DNA from: Chiloscyllium plagiosum
Taxonomy: Eukaryota
DNA: 44,929 nt
Assembly (NCBI RefSeq): GCF_004010195.1
Contig: NC_057753.1
Location: forward strand, 15,249,456 to 15,294,384
Direction: 5' to 3'
Position 1 is the first letter of the stretch. Every line of letters begins with the position of its first letter. The notes beneath the pieces were generated by a model. The model was not told the DNA's origin and made no database searches. It was given only the letters and a program-made list of their open reading frames with translations. The translations under genes were made by a program, and so were the position numbers. This document shows, piece by piece, positions 22,550 to 36,160 of this stretch.

Positions 22550-24036
22550 TGACCCCAAAAGCCGGGGAACCATAGACCGGTGAGCCTGATGTCAGTGGTG
22601 GGTAAGTTGATGGAGGGGATTCTGAAGGATAGCATTTATATACATTTGGGGAGACAAGGGCTGATCAGGATAGTCAACGTGGCTTTCTGCATGGGAAATC
22701 ATGTCTCATTAATTTGTTTTAGTTTTATGAAGAGTTGACAAAGATTGATGTAGGCAGTTTGGTAGATATGTCTATATGGACCTCAGCAAGGTGTTCATAA
22801 CATTCCGACTGTTAGACAGATTGGTAAGGTTCGGTCACTTGGGACACAGGGGAAGCGAGTCACAATTGTCTTGACGGAAGAAGGGTATTTTTCAGATTGG
22901 TGGCTTGTGAACAGCAGTGTGCTGCATTTTCAGTACTGAGCTCACTGCATTTCATCATTTATATCAAGGATTTGGATGTGAAAATTGGGGCCATAGTTAG
23001 TAAGTTTAGAGATTACATCAGAAAGGTGGTGTAGTCGATTATCTCAGAGTACGAGACCACAATTATATGGTACAAATGGGCAAGGAGTGAGAGACGAAAT
23101 GTAATTTAGATAAATACGAGGTCTTGCATTTTGGGAAGGTAAATCAGGGCAGAAATTATATGCTTAGTGGTAAGGTCCTGAGGTGTGTTCTGCAACAAAG
23201 GGACCTAGGGCTGCAGGTACATTGTTCCTTGAAAGTGGACTTGCAGGTAGACAGAGTGGTGCAGAACACATCTTGCACATTTGCCCTAATCAGTCAGAGC
23301 ATTGAGTATAGGAGTTGTGGTGGCATGTTGCATCGGTGGTACGAAACTGGATCACCCATTAGAAGCTCACACAGGCAAGGGGAGAATGTGCAAACTCCAC
23401 ACAGACCCAAGGCTGAAATCGAACCCAAGTCCCTGGTGCTGTGAGGCAGCAGTGCTAACCACCATGCTACCCTTTTGATGATCCCTGACCAGAATCCACT
23501 GAAATCTCCTCACTGCCTAAAGCAAAGTGAACTCGGCCAAGTCCAACTCTCCCAGGATGTTGGTGAGGCCACTTTAAGAATACTGCGTTCAACTTGGTTT
23601 CTGCAGAAAAGATTTGCAAGGATGTTCCAGGACTGGAGGTTGAGCTTCTGGGAGAGGTTGATTAGGTTGAGGTGCTTTCTCCTGGAGTATCAGAGGCTGA
23701 GGGGTGACATTATAGAGGTGTATAAAACCATCAGGGGCATGGATATTCTGAACAGCCACGTTCTAATCTCAGGATATGGGGAGTCCAGAACAAGAGGGCA
23801 TAGGTTGAAGAGGAGAGAGCGAATGATTTAGAAGGGATCTGAAGATAAATGTTTCACACAGAGAGTGTTGTATGTACAGAAACTGCTGTCAGAGGAAGTG
23901 GTCTAGGCGGGTACATTCACAGGCGGACTATTGGACAAATGCTGGGAAATGGGACTAAATCAGATTTGATATCTGATCGGAGTGAACAGACTGGACTAAC
24001 GGGTCTGTTTCCGTTCTGCATGACTCTCTGATTCTA
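22550..24036 (+). mobile_element. Decayed CR1 ORF2 (RT to 3' tail), interrupted at about 23342-23552
   Basis: KPGNHRPVSLMSVVGK, LHFGKVNQGR and LRGDIIEVYK motifs. Confidence 0.88.
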
Positions 24037-24118
24037 TAAGAGGGATGACGAAAAATTCTTAAAATGACCGTTCAAGTGGGAATTCTCTTCGCTGGAAGTT
24101 TATATTGTGCCTCTATGT

Positions 24119-24618
24119 NNNNNNNNNNNNNNNNNNNNNNNNNNNNNNNNNNNNNNNNNNNNNNNNNNNNNNNNNNNNNNNNNNNNNNNNNNNNNNNNNN
24201 NNNNNNNNNNNNNNNNNNNNNNNNNNNNNNNNNNNNNNNNNNNNNNNNNNNNNNNNNNNNNNNNNNNNNNNNNNNNNNNNNNNNNNNNNNNNNNNNNNNN
24301 NNNNNNNNNNNNNNNNNNNNNNNNNNNNNNNNNNNNNNNNNNNNNNNNNNNNNNNNNNNNNNNNNNNNNNNNNNNNNNNNNNNNNNNNNNNNNNNNNNNN
24401 NNNNNNNNNNNNNNNNNNNNNNNNNNNNNNNNNNNNNNNNNNNNNNNNNNNNNNNNNNNNNNNNNNNNNNNNNNNNNNNNNNNNNNNNNNNNNNNNNNNN
24501 NNNNNNNNNNNNNNNNNNNNNNNNNNNNNNNNNNNNNNNNNNNNNNNNNNNNNNNNNNNNNNNNNNNNNNNNNNNNNNNNNNNNNNNNNNNNNNNNNNNN
24601 NNNNNNNNNNNNNNNNNN
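24119..24618. other. Assembly gap
   Basis: Run of 500 N. Confidence 1.
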
Positions 24619-24748
24619 CCCTATATCGGTATAAATTCCTCCAATCCCCAAACCCCTTTGTCGCACTGACATTCTTGACCAGATGTAACTCTGTTTAACT
24701 CTGACATCCTCGAGCCCCTGCGAGCCTCCCTACTCTGTGACCTGTACC

Positions 24749-25714
24749 ATCTGTTTTGGGACCATTGCTGTTTGTCATTTTTATAAATGACCTGGAAGAG
24801 GGGTTAGAAGGTTGGGTGAGCAAGTTTGCGGATGATACGAAAGTCGGAGGAGTTGTTGACAGTGAGGAAGGATGTGGCAGGTTACAGCAGGATATAGACA
24901 AGCTGCAGAGCTGGGCAGAAAGGTGGCAAATGGAATTCAATGTAGCTAAGTGTGAGGTGATTCACTTTGGGAAGAATAACAAAAAGATGGGGTACTGGGC
25001 TAATGGTCGGATACTTGGTAGTGTGGATGAGCAGAGGGATCTTGGTGTCCATGTACACAGATCTCTGAAAGTTGCCACCCAGGTAAATAGTGCGGTGAGG
25101 AAGGCATATGGCGTACTGGCTTTTATTGGTAGAGGAATTGAGTTCCGGACTCCTGAGGTCATGATGCAGTTGTATAAGACTCTGGTACGACCGCATCTGG
25201 AATATTGTGTGCAGTTTTGGTCGCCATACTATAGGAAGGAGGTGGAGGCACTGGAACGGGTGCAGAGGAGGTTTACCAGGATGTTGCCTGGTATGAAAGG
25301 AAAATCGTATGAGGAAAGACTGAGGCACTTGGGGCTGTTTTCACTAGAGAAAAGAAGGTTTAGGGGTGACTTGATTGAGGGGTACAAGATGATTAGGGGG
25401 TTAGATAGGGCCGACAGTATGAACCTTTTCCCGCGTATGTAGTCGGGTATTACAAGGAGGCATAGCTTTAAATTAAGGGGGGGTAGATATAGGACAGATG
25501 TTAGGGGTAGGTTCATTACTCAGCGAGTCGTGAGTTCATGGAATGCCCTGCCAGTAACAGTGGTGGACTCTCCCTCTTTATGGGCATTTAAGAGGGCATT
25601 GGATAGGTATATGGAGGATAGTGGGTTAGTATAGGTTAGGTGGGCTTGGATCGGCGCAACATCGAGGGCCAAAGGGCCTGTACTGCGCTGTATTCTTCTA
25701 TGTTCTATGTTCTA
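24749..25714 (+). mobile_element. Young 5'-truncated CR1 LINE
   Basis: 228-codon open RT C-terminus (SKFADDTK, LEYCVQFWSP), one stop at 25440, (TTCTATG)n tail. Confidence 0.95.
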
Positions 25715-25719
25715 TCTCT

Positions 25720-27326
25720 GATGACTCACTGCATTCGCCATAAGGCAGAGGGAAAGACAGTGAACAGATGTAATGGAACCGTCATTCCGGAGATGTGGCT
25801 GCAGAATGATAATCGCTGGAAGGGAATATTGAAGGTTTGTTGGGATCGAGGCAGGATCGGCAAAAAGGCAACAAGGTGTGAAGAAAGCATGAGGTTAATG
25901 CAAGTGAAGTCCAAAATTTGGAGGCTATTTGGACGGAGCTGGGAATAAACAAGCAGCAGCAATCATTGGCCAGAATTCTGTTATCGGGACCAACCAGTGG
26001 TGGGAATGCAAATATGGTTACAGTCAGAGCACTGAATATACTTGCAGCAAGGATAGTACAGTAACTGTGTGTGACAGTAGTCTCCATCCCCACTGGATAA
26101 CTAAGAAGTGTCTTTGCTGTAATGGATAGAATCCTGGATTATATACTAGATGGTTTTCGACAAAATCATTTAACAGGCAGAGAATAGAGGAATATAGACT
26201 ATATGCAGGCAGATGGCATGTGTTGAGAATATCATCATGGTCGGCACAACCATGGTGGGCGGAAGGGCCTATTGCTGTGCTGTACTTTCTAATTTCCTAC
26301 ATTTCTGCATCTACTCGATCAAAGCTCTTCCGAATCTTGAATCTTACATTCAATTTTTCTCTCATGTTTTCGAAACTTCAATGGGTTCAACCTCAATCTA
26401 ATCCACCACTTATTGGAAAATTCATCCATTCCCAGGATCAACCAAGCGATTCTTCTCTGACCTGCCACCAATAGGAGAATATCTTTCCTTCGGGCACTCG
26501 CACTGTTCGTAGTATTCTGGGTGTGGTCTGACTCGTATCTTGTATAGTTTTTGCAAGACCTTCTTATTTTTAGACTCCATTCCCTTTGTAATATGTCGCA
26601 GCATTTTATTTGTCTTCTCTATTACCCGATGACACTGTAAATTACCTTTTTCAGATTGAGAAACAAGAAGTCCCACAACCCTTTCTGCTGCCTATCTGAA
26701 ACCAAATAGTATTAGCCTGACAGTAAGTCAGGAGCATGCTGAAATGAGTGAGAAAGGACATTTCAATAAAAAAATAACTGCAACCTTAGAAACACATTTT
26801 ATAAAGGAGAATGTGTTTCTGAGTCTGTTATATTTTAAATGTTGGCGTGAATATGAATGGCAGAATAGATAAGGGTGTGGTGGGTGGTGGTATGGGGGAA
26901 ATGTGGTGTTTTAATTTTCAGAAGCCTTAATGCAAGTTTCTGTAAGGGCTAAAGAATACCTTGGTAGAGAATAGGGCCCCTTCAAATCAATAAGGTCGCC
27001 TATGTGTGGAACCAGTGGAAGATCGGGGGTGAGATCTTAAACAAAAAAAAATCTTATCTGAATTTACGATGCAGAAAGACATGGAAGATCGGGAGCTTGG
27101 GGAAATAAATATTGATGTCTTGGGAAGAATCCTGAACAGAGAAGAGAAAGTTCTGGAATCTTAAAACAAATAAAGGTAGAACAATCCTCAGTAGCTTCTG
27201 AGGCTTATCCTAGAATATTGTGGGAAGCTAGGGAAGAGATTGCAGTGTCGCGAACAGAGATATTTACATTATCAACAGACACATTGAGGTACCGGAAGAC
27301 TGGAGGGTGGTTAATGCTGTTGAATC
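25720..27326. mobile_element. Mosaic of old CR1 fragments (minus at about 26300-26690, otherwise plus)
   Basis: LYKIRVRPHPEYY on minus; YPRILWEAREEIA...VPEDWRV on plus. Confidence 0.7.
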
Positions 27327-27496
27327 GGGGGATCCAAGATGGCGGCGACCCAGCAAGTCTGAGTCTACAGTGCTCCTCCCAGACTTGGGTAAAGTGGATC
27401 ACCCACCCCCACTACACTCACCAAATCATTTATAATAGTTGTTTAATTTAATTAGTTGTTTTATATTAAAGTTAAACCAGCTAATCCTTACTTAAA

Positions 27497-28353
27497 ATGA
27501 CTACAGGGAAGGCAACCCGCAGCTCTCAACAAGCAGGAACCCCTCCCCCACCCTCTCCAGCTGCAGCTGATGCGTCCACAGCCGCCCCGGGAGACTTACC
27601 TACGGTGACACGCCTTGTGGAGATGATCTCCAAACTGGACACGAAGATCGACACTTTCATTGAGAAGTCCCGAAATCGATGGGACTCACTCTCGGCCGCG
27701 CTGCAGAAGCACGACCGAGATATCCAGGAAATCAAGCGCAGAGTCGGAAGGGCGGAGTTAAAGGCCGCGACCTCCGATACTGCAGCACAATCGGCCGTGG
27801 ATCAGATCCAGACTCTCGAACAGCGAGTCCGGACCTTAGAGAATTACATTGACGACCTCGATAATCGAGCTCGTCGAAAAAATCTCCGTTTGCTGGCCCA
27901 TCCCGAACGGGAAGAGGAAGGCCAGCTTACAGCATTCCTGGAGCAGTGGCTGCCACAACTTTTAAATCTGGAAGCTGGATCAGGCCAGGTAAGGGTAGAA
28001 TGGGCCTACCGGGTCGCAATATGCGGGCCCGGGAAAAAGCAGCGCCAACGCCCGGTCCTGTTCCGGCTGCAGAGCTATCGGGAGAGGCAGATATTCCTAG
28101 AAGCCTCGAGAAATCTCGAAAAGACCCCCAAGCTATGATCTATAAAGGATCCAAGATCATGTTATTCCAGTACTTTTCCCCAGCTCTGGTTCGAAAGAGG
28201 AAGGCATTCGACGAGGCGAAGAAGCGTTTAAGGGACTTAAATATTCGGTACTCCTTACGCTACCCAGCTACGTTACCCTTTAACCATGAAGGATCCGTAT
28301 ATAACTTTGGATCGCCAGAAAAGGCTAAGGAATTCTTGGACTCTCTTAGATAA
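27497..28353 (+). pseudogene. L1 ORF1, one frameshift near 28125
   Basis: ORFs 27497-28138 and 27946-28353 join to about 285 aa; DDLDNRARRKNLRL motif. Confidence 0.92.
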
Positions 28354-28735
28354 ACTGTAAGACATAATGGATGTTGTTTTGCCTTTCCCCCCGCTTTGGT
28401 TTATATCCCCCCTTTTTTTCTCTTACGTTACTGTTTAATATTATCATGGGGGGGTGGGAAGAGGGATTTGATTTTCTGCCCCCCCTTGGGGTTGTTTTCT
28501 GTTTTAATTTTATGTATATATGAGGGATGTATGTATATGTGTGTGTATATATATATAAAAGCTGGGAGGTTTGGTTGAGATACGTTTTATTTTTTTTATT
28601 TAGAAATAGTTTTTTATTGTATTGTTGTGGGTGTATTAGAGAGGCTTTATTTTTGTAAATATTACATGCTCTACGCTCGGGATGTTCGGAATAGGGTTCC
28701 CCCTCCCCAGGGGTCTCGGATTGGCCCAGATGATT

Positions 28736-31700
28736 ATGGTTGATCAGTCGGTTGAGTGGTGCACCTGGAATGTCAAGGGGAGTAATTCACCAATCAAAAG
28801 GAAGAAAATATTATCAAATCTTAAGAAGGAAAGAATTGATATAGCTCTCCTACAGGAGACACACCATGTCGGATAAAGAACACTTGAAATTACGACAGGG
28901 TGGATTTGATCAGCCCTTTCTTCTTCTTTTTAGCTCAAAAAGCCGGGGAGTTGTTATTCTTGTTCGGAAGAATTTCCCTTTCAAAACCCTAAAGCAGATA
29001 AAATACGAATCTGGACGATATATTTTGATTAAGGCCCTCATAAGTGGAGAGGAATATGGGATTTTAAATTTGTACTGCCCCCGGCACACCCCTTTAAATT
29101 TTTAACGGAAGCCTTTTCAAAATTGATGGCTTTTGGTGCCCGTCATACAATTATATGGGGAGACTTTAATTGTATTATGGATCCGGAAATAGATAGGATT
29201 CCCAAGAGTACTGCAGGAGTATCTCCCAGATCTAGACAATTGGTGGATCTGAACAAAGAATTAGGATTAGTAGATGTATGGAGATGTCTTCATCCACAGG
29301 GCAGAGAATTTTCTTTCTACTCCAATCCACATAAATATCATACCAGAATTGATATTTTTTCGCCCCCTCGATTTTTTTAAAATTCCTTATCATCCTGTAG
29401 AATAGGTAGTATAGCAATTTCCGACCACACTGCTGTGTATATGGAAACTAAGGCGAGGAACAATGGGACATCCCCTCGGCATTGGCGTATGGACCCCTTC
29501 TTAATGAAAGATAGTAAATTTGTAAAGTACTTCCCTCAAGAATTCAAAACTTTTTAAAGAAATTAATTCAGGTACAGCTAGCAACCCATCAAGGATGTGG
29601 GACACCATCAAAGCTTACACGCGAGGTTTGATCATCTCTTATTCAGTGACCCAGAAGAAATTTAAAGGAGAACAACAGCGTCTGCTTGAAGCTCGCTTAA
29701 AAACAGCTGAAACAGCATACACTGATAGACCTTCCATTACTAAATTGCAAAGGATTACGTCTCTTAGGTCAGCTCTAAACACTACGCTTACTCAAACGGC
29801 TAAGAGGGAAAAATTATTTGCAAAACAAAGGTTATATGAATATGGCGACAAACCGGGTAGATACTTAGCATTTCTTGCAAAGAAAAAAAAAAGGCCCCTC
29901 AGACTATTGCATCTATCAAGGAAAGCACGGGTATTTTGACTCATGATCATACAAAGATTAATGCGATCTTCAGAGAATTTTATTCTGAGTTATATAAATC
30001 CCAGGATTGTGAAGATAGGACGAGGAGGATGCAGTCATTTTTTTCAAAATTTGACCTTTCCAGGCCTAACTCCGGAACAGATATCGGTCCTAAATTCTCC
30101 TTTAACAGTCCAAGAAATACTTGATGCAATTAGGCAACTTCAGAGTGGTAAGGCACCGGGCCCAGATGGCTTTCAAGCTGAATTCCATAAAGAATTTACA
30201 GAAATATTGGCTGGTCCATTTATGGATATGTATAACTATGCATATAGTCAGAGCTGTCTCCCGCCTTCACTGAAAGAGGCAAATATTTCTCTTATCCTTA
30301 ATAAAGGAAAGGATCCAGAAGATTGTACATCATATAGACCAATATCATTGCTAAATGTCGATCTCAAAATCCTTTCTTAAACGTTAGCACTGAGACTAGA
30401 AAGGGTACTGCCACATATTATAAAGGAGGATCAGACGGGGGTTATTAAGGGCCGTAGATTAGATTAGATTACATTAAAGTGTGGAAACAGGCCCTTCGGC
30501 CCAACAAGTCCACACCGACCCGCCGAAGCGAAATCCACCCCATACCCCTACATTTACCCCTTACCTAACACTACGGGCAATTTAGCATGGCCAATTCACC
30601 TGACCCTGCACATCTTTTGGACTGTGGGAGGAAACCGGAGCACCCGGAGGAAACCCACGCAGACACGGGGAGAACGTGCAAACTCCACACAGTCAGTCGC
30701 CTGAGGCGGGAATTGAACCCGGGTCTCAGGCGCTGTGAGGCAACAGTGCTAACCACTGTGCCACCGTGCCGCCCATAGATCATCCAATAATATTAGCAGG
30801 GTTTTGAATATGATTCAAGCCTGTCATCAGGTAAAGATACCAGGAGTAGTAGTTTCATTAGACACAGAAAAGGCATTTGATAGGGTTGAATGGTCACATG
30901 TGTTTTACACATTGGAAAGGTTTGGCGTTAGACAGGTGTTTACCAAATGGATCTCAACATTGTACAGTGATCCCAAAGCAGTTGTGGTTACCGATGGATT
31001 AGGTTCGGATAGCGTCAGTGTGGGTAGGGGCTGCCGTCAGGGATGTCCCCTCTCGCCATTGTTATTTACAATAATAATTGAACCATTAGCAGAAGCTATA
31101 CAAGCTGATCCAAATATAACGGCCCCGAGGTACAGGTAAACATAAAATTACCCTTTATGCAGATGATGTTCTTCTATTCCTCAGTAATCCTCTGACGTCC
31201 GTACCTCGCCTAATCCAAGTTCTTAATACATTTAGCACATTCTCAGGCTATAAAATGAATTTTTCAAAATCTGAGGCTATTCCAATGGCCCCACTTAGTG
31301 GACGGATCCCTTTTTTCCCTTTCGTTGGTCCCTGGAGGGCTTCTTCCACTTCGGCATTTTTATTACTCCAGTATTTGGTCAGTTGTATAAGGGTAATTTT
31401 GTGCATTTACTGGAAAGGATAAGGCAGGACCTCCAGCGATGGGGGGACCTTCCTGTTTCCTGGTTGGGTAGAATAGCACTAATCAAAATGAATGTCCTGC
31501 CCCATCTCCTATGGTGATGCTGCCGAGGATGGCTCTATGTAAATTATATGGCTGGCTGGGTTCCTTTATCTGGATTCATAGGTGGCCCCTCATTAAGCTG
31601 AAGAAGCTACAGCTTCCACAGACAAGGGGAGGATTTAACTTCCCCAGATTTTAGGAAATATCAGTTAAGTTTCCATTATGTTACATAGCAGATTGGGTCT

Positions 31701-32608
31701 TGTCTGATCCACAATCAATCTGCTTGGACATCGAGGCTTCTCAAGTAAAATGCCCACTTATTAACCTTTTATTTTCAGACAAGAGGAAAATCATTACAGA
31801 TCACTGTAAAAACCCTATAATACTAAACACAATTTAGGCTTGGAATATAATGCGGCAAAATGAGGGCAACTCACATAAAACTTCTCCCATGCACCGAAGA
31901 AGACTACGTTATTAAATAGTTTTTATAAATCAGATAGAGAATGTAGTGTCCTACAACCAGTGGGGGCATCTTCCGTCAGTTTTATTTATCATTTACTACA
32001 TGATGAAGTATCGGGAGATATGGATAATCTGCTTAAAACATGGGATCAGGATTTGGGACTCGAAATCTCTTTGGGAAAACGTTGGAAGAATTACTGTCCG
32101 TAACAGAACCCAGGCTATCCAGCTGAACATACTTCATCGGGCCCATATCGCACCGGTTCGACTGGCAAAATTTAAGGCAGGAGCATCTCCAATGTGTCCG
32201 ACATGCAAAATAGAGGTGGGTACTCTTGTACATTGTCTATGGACCTGTCATAAGATCCGTAGATATTGGACTAAAGTAGCAAGTACCCTGACAGAAATTT
32301 TAGGAACGGAAATTAAAGTGGACCCGATATCTCTCCTTCTGGGCTTTTCGAACTTTCCCTCCCTGGACACGTACGGGAAGAGACTATTTTATATTCTTTC
32401 TTTCTGTGCAAGGAAAAATATTTTGGTGAACTGGGTGGCTGAGAGCCCCCCTGGACTTTCACATTGGCACAGATTAATTATGGAATGTATTCCCCTTGAC
32501 TTCCCCACAAATATGGTGCACCGAAAGACCGAATTATTTCATACAATTTGGCAGCCCTTCTTGAATTACATAAATATTTCGGCTATCCTAACAAGGGCTT
32601 TTATTTAA
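28736..32608 (+). pseudogene. L1 ORF2 (APE endonuclease, RT, C-terminal CCHC), multiply disrupted
   Basis: TWNVKG, LQETH, GDFN, KAPGPDG, YRPISLLN, KAFDRV, RQGCPLSP, LYADD, CPTC...HCLWTC. Confidence 0.94.
30460..30774 (-). mobile_element. Young HE1-type SINE inserted in L1 ORF2
   Basis: Full head and (AATCT)n tail; TAGAT repeated at 30455-30459 and 30776-30780; the L1 frame KGRRSSNNI is restored on removal. Confidence 0.94.
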
Positions 32609-32937
32609 TTGAGATTACAAACCTGGCTGGTCCGGGGCACCTCGGGAGAGGAATCCCGCACGAATACGGGTTTTATTACATCTGATGTTAACACATTCCG
32701 AGCATGTAAGAGACTTAAATATACACTCTGGTTAGTTGTAGGTTAGATTAGTGGACAGTTGAGTTTTTGTATTTTTTTCTTTTTCGGTATTTTTTTTCTC
32801 TCTTGTTAAATTTTGGCTATTGTATATTTGAGTTATTTGTATATCAATGTTTATATTTGAGAGTTTTGTTTATTTTTGTAACCTTGTAAAAATGTTAAAT
32901 TTCTAATAAAAATATCATTAAAAAATGCTGTTCAATC

Positions 32938-35900
32938 ACTTAAGGGCCGCAGGGAAAAGCCAGGAAATTGCAGCCCCGTGAGCTCAGTGATGGGGAAGTT
33001 GTTGGAGGAGATTCTGGCAGAAAGGAGCTACATATATTTGGAAAGACAAGGGCTGATTAGAGATGGTCAGCATGGCTTTGTGAGTGGGAAACCGTGTTTC
33101 ACAAACCGGATTGACTCTTCGAGGAGTTGGCCAAGAGATAGATGAAGGCAGAACAGTCAATGCTGTCCACATGGACTTCAGCAAAGCATTTGACAAGGTT
33201 CCAAGGGATGTACAACATCTAGCCCAGAGGAAGAACGATGCTTACATAAGATTGAGGACGCAAGGATCGTTAGAATCTATATAAGGTTATATGGGGTCGG
33301 CACGATGGCTCAGTGGTTAGCATGGCTGCCTTATAGCACCAGTGACCCGATTTCTATTCCAGTCCCGGGCGATTGTCTGTGTGGAGTTTTCACGTTCTCC
33401 CCCTGTCTGCGTAGGGTTCCGCCAGTTGCCCCAGTTTCCACCCAACGCCCAAAGATGTCTAGATTAGGTAATTCAACCATGCTAAATTACCCGTAGTGTT
33501 CAGGGAAGTGCAGGATTAACATATTAGTTAGGGTAAATGGAGAGTAATAGGGTGGGGGAATGATTTTCGGCGGGATGTTCTTCAGATGGTCCGTATGGAG
33601 TTGCTGGGCCAAATGGCCTGTTTCCACACTCTGGGGACTCTCTGAAGGTCGCCAGGAAGGAACTGAAGAATAGATTTAGGACAGCTAGAATGGGACATGA
33701 AAAAGCTTTGTTGGGAAAGATTAAGGAAAACTGTAAGGCATTCTCTACTTATGTGAGGAACAAGAGGATGGTCAGAGTGAGGGTAGGGCAGGTCAGGGAT
33801 AGTGGAGGAAACATGCGCCTGGAATCACAGGAGGGAGGGAAGATCCTTAAAGCATACTGTGATTCAGTATTCACTACTGAGAGGGACCTTGTCATTTGTG
33901 AGGACAGCGTGAAAACGATTGATGTATGTGGACAGGTGGATGTTAAGAAGGAGGATGTGCTGAGAATTGTGTAAAACATAAAACATAAAGATAGATAAGT
34001 CTATTGGACCAGATGGGATATGCCCAAAGTTACTGCACGAAGCGAGGGAATGAATTGCTGCGCCTTTGGCGATGACCTTTGCACCCACACTGTCCACCGG
34101 AATTGTACCAGATGATTGGAGGGTAGAAAATTTTACTCCCTTGTTCAAGAAAGGGAATAGGGATAATCCTGGGAATTACAGACCTCACTTTCTTATGTCT
34201 GTGGTATGCAGAGGACTCTGAGAGAGCAGATTTAGGACTCCGTAGAAAACCATAATTTGATTAGAGATAGTGAGCATAGCTTTGTAAGGGACAGGTCTCT
34301 CCCTCACAAATCTTATTAAATTTTTAAGAATGTGACAAAACACCTTTATGGCTCATTCAGAAAGTACAGAGGCATGGGATAAGGGAAACCTGTCTGTCTG
34401 GAGACAGAATTCCTGGCTTATAGAAGAGAGAGGGTAGTGATAGATGGGAAGCATTCAGTTTGGAGCTCGGTGAGCAGCGGTGTTCTGCAGGGATCAGTTG
34501 CAGGTCCTCTGTTCTTTGTGTTTTTTATAAACAACTTGGATGTGGTTGTGGAAGAATGGGTTAATAATTTTGCCAATGACATGGAGGTTGCTGGAGTGGT
34601 AGGTAGTGGAGAGGTCTGTTGTAGGTTGCAGTAGGATATTGTCAGGATGCGGAGCTGGGCTGAGAAGCGGCAGATGGAGTTCAATCTGGAAAAGTGTGAA
34701 ATGATTCATTTTGGAAGGCCGAACTTGAATGTAGAATACAGTGTTAAAGGCAGAATACTTGGTAGTCTGGTGGAACAGAAGCTTCTTGGGTTCCACGTCC
34801 ATCGATCTCTCAAAGTTGCCACCCAAGCTGATAGGATTGTAAAGAATGAATATGTTGTGTTGGCTTTGAATTGCTGGGGAATTGAGTTTTATAGCAGTGA
34901 AGTTATTCTGCAGCTCTATAGAGCCCGAGTTAGACCCCACTTGTGATGTTAGGTTCAGTTCTGATCCCCTCATTACAGGAAGGCAGTGGGAGCTTAGGGA
35001 GGGTAAATTGGAGATTTACCAGCATGCTGCCTATGCTGGAGCGCATGTCTTATGAAGAAAGGTTGAGGGAGGTTCGGCTTTTCACATTGGAGTGAAGAAG
35101 GGGGAGGTGCGAGTTGGTAGAGGTGAACAAGATGATGTGAGGCACAGAGTGAGTGAATAGTGAGAGAGTTCTTTATATCATGGCATACATGTTGGATGGT
35201 TAAGGAGAGATTTCAGATGCAGGTTGTGTACACAAAGTGTGTGTGTGGGGTGGGTGTGTGTGTGTGAAATGCACGGCCAACGGTGTTAGGAGAGTCAGAT
35301 ACAGTAGGGACATTTAATACACTCATGGATAGAGAACATGGTGGCAGTAAAACGAAAAGTATGTAGGTTAGTTTGATCTCACAGTTGGATAAAAGTTTGG
35401 CATGGCATCATGGCCGAAGGGCTTTGTGCTGCACTGTTCTGTGTTCTCGTATGGTAAACTGGGTAATATGCTCAGATCAATGTAAAAGGACATGGCATTC
35501 AGGAGAAGTTAGTGAACTGGAAACAAAATTGCATTGATGGTCGGAGACAGAGGGTGGTGGGAGACATTTTGTTTTTCTGACTGGAGTCATGTGACCAGCG
35601 GTGTAGTGGGCCACTGTTGTTTGTCATTTGGATAAATGGTTTGGATGGGAATATTGGTTTTGTGATAAGTAAGTTTTTTGGGTGACATTGAAATATGTGG
35701 TAAAGTGGACAGTGAAGAAGGTTACCTATGATACAACAGGATGAACAGTACTGCTGGGATAGTGGGCTGAAGAATAGCAGATGGAGTTTAATTAGATAAA
35801 TGTGAAGTGTTTCATGTTGATGAGACAAACCAGGGTGGGACTTGTACAGTAAATGTTTGGTCCATGGGTTGTGTTGACAATCAGTGACCCAGGGATGCAG

Positions 35901-35960
35901 GTACACAGTTCACGTTGTCTGAACAAGACATTGGTGAGGCCACCATAAAAGCATTGTCGA
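32938..35960 (+). mobile_element. Tandem decayed CR1 ORF2 pieces (first piece hosts the L1)
   Basis: MDFSKAFDKVP, QGSVAGPLFF, FANDM and FNLEKCEMIHFG motifs; tail near 35450. Confidence 0.88.
33293..33640 (+). mobile_element. Old HE1-type SINE
   Basis: GGCACGATGGCTCAGTGGTTAGCA head and GGCCTGTTTCCACACT 3' end. Confidence 0.85.
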
Positions 35961-35999
35961 TCAGTCGGACGAACTCATTAGGTTCACTTACCTCTTTTA

Positions 36000-36160
36000 G
36001 TGAAGGACATCTGACATTCTAACCTGGTCTGGCCTCCATGTGAATCCAGACCCACAGTAATAAAGCCGACTCCGATCTGCCCTCTGGGCAATTTGCAGTG
36101 GGGGCAAAGTATATTGGTCCAATCAGTGCCCCCCACATCCCATGAATGAATAAATAAAAA
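36000..36160 (+). mobile_element. 3' part of second SINE family
   Basis: Ends CCCACATCCCATGAATGAATAAATAAAAA. Confidence 0.6.

Larger units (their letters stand above)
27327..32925 (+). mobile_element. Near full-length L1 LINE, inactive
   Basis: 5' GGGGGATCCAAGATGGCGG, ORF1, ORF2, AATAAA and A tail. 14-bp TSD AATGCTGTT(G/C)AATC at 27313-27326 and 32924-32937. Confidence 0.96.

Noticed and set aside
24756..25442. Functional reverse transcriptase gene
   Set aside because: 5'-truncated CR1 lacking the N-terminal RT motifs, with a premature stop
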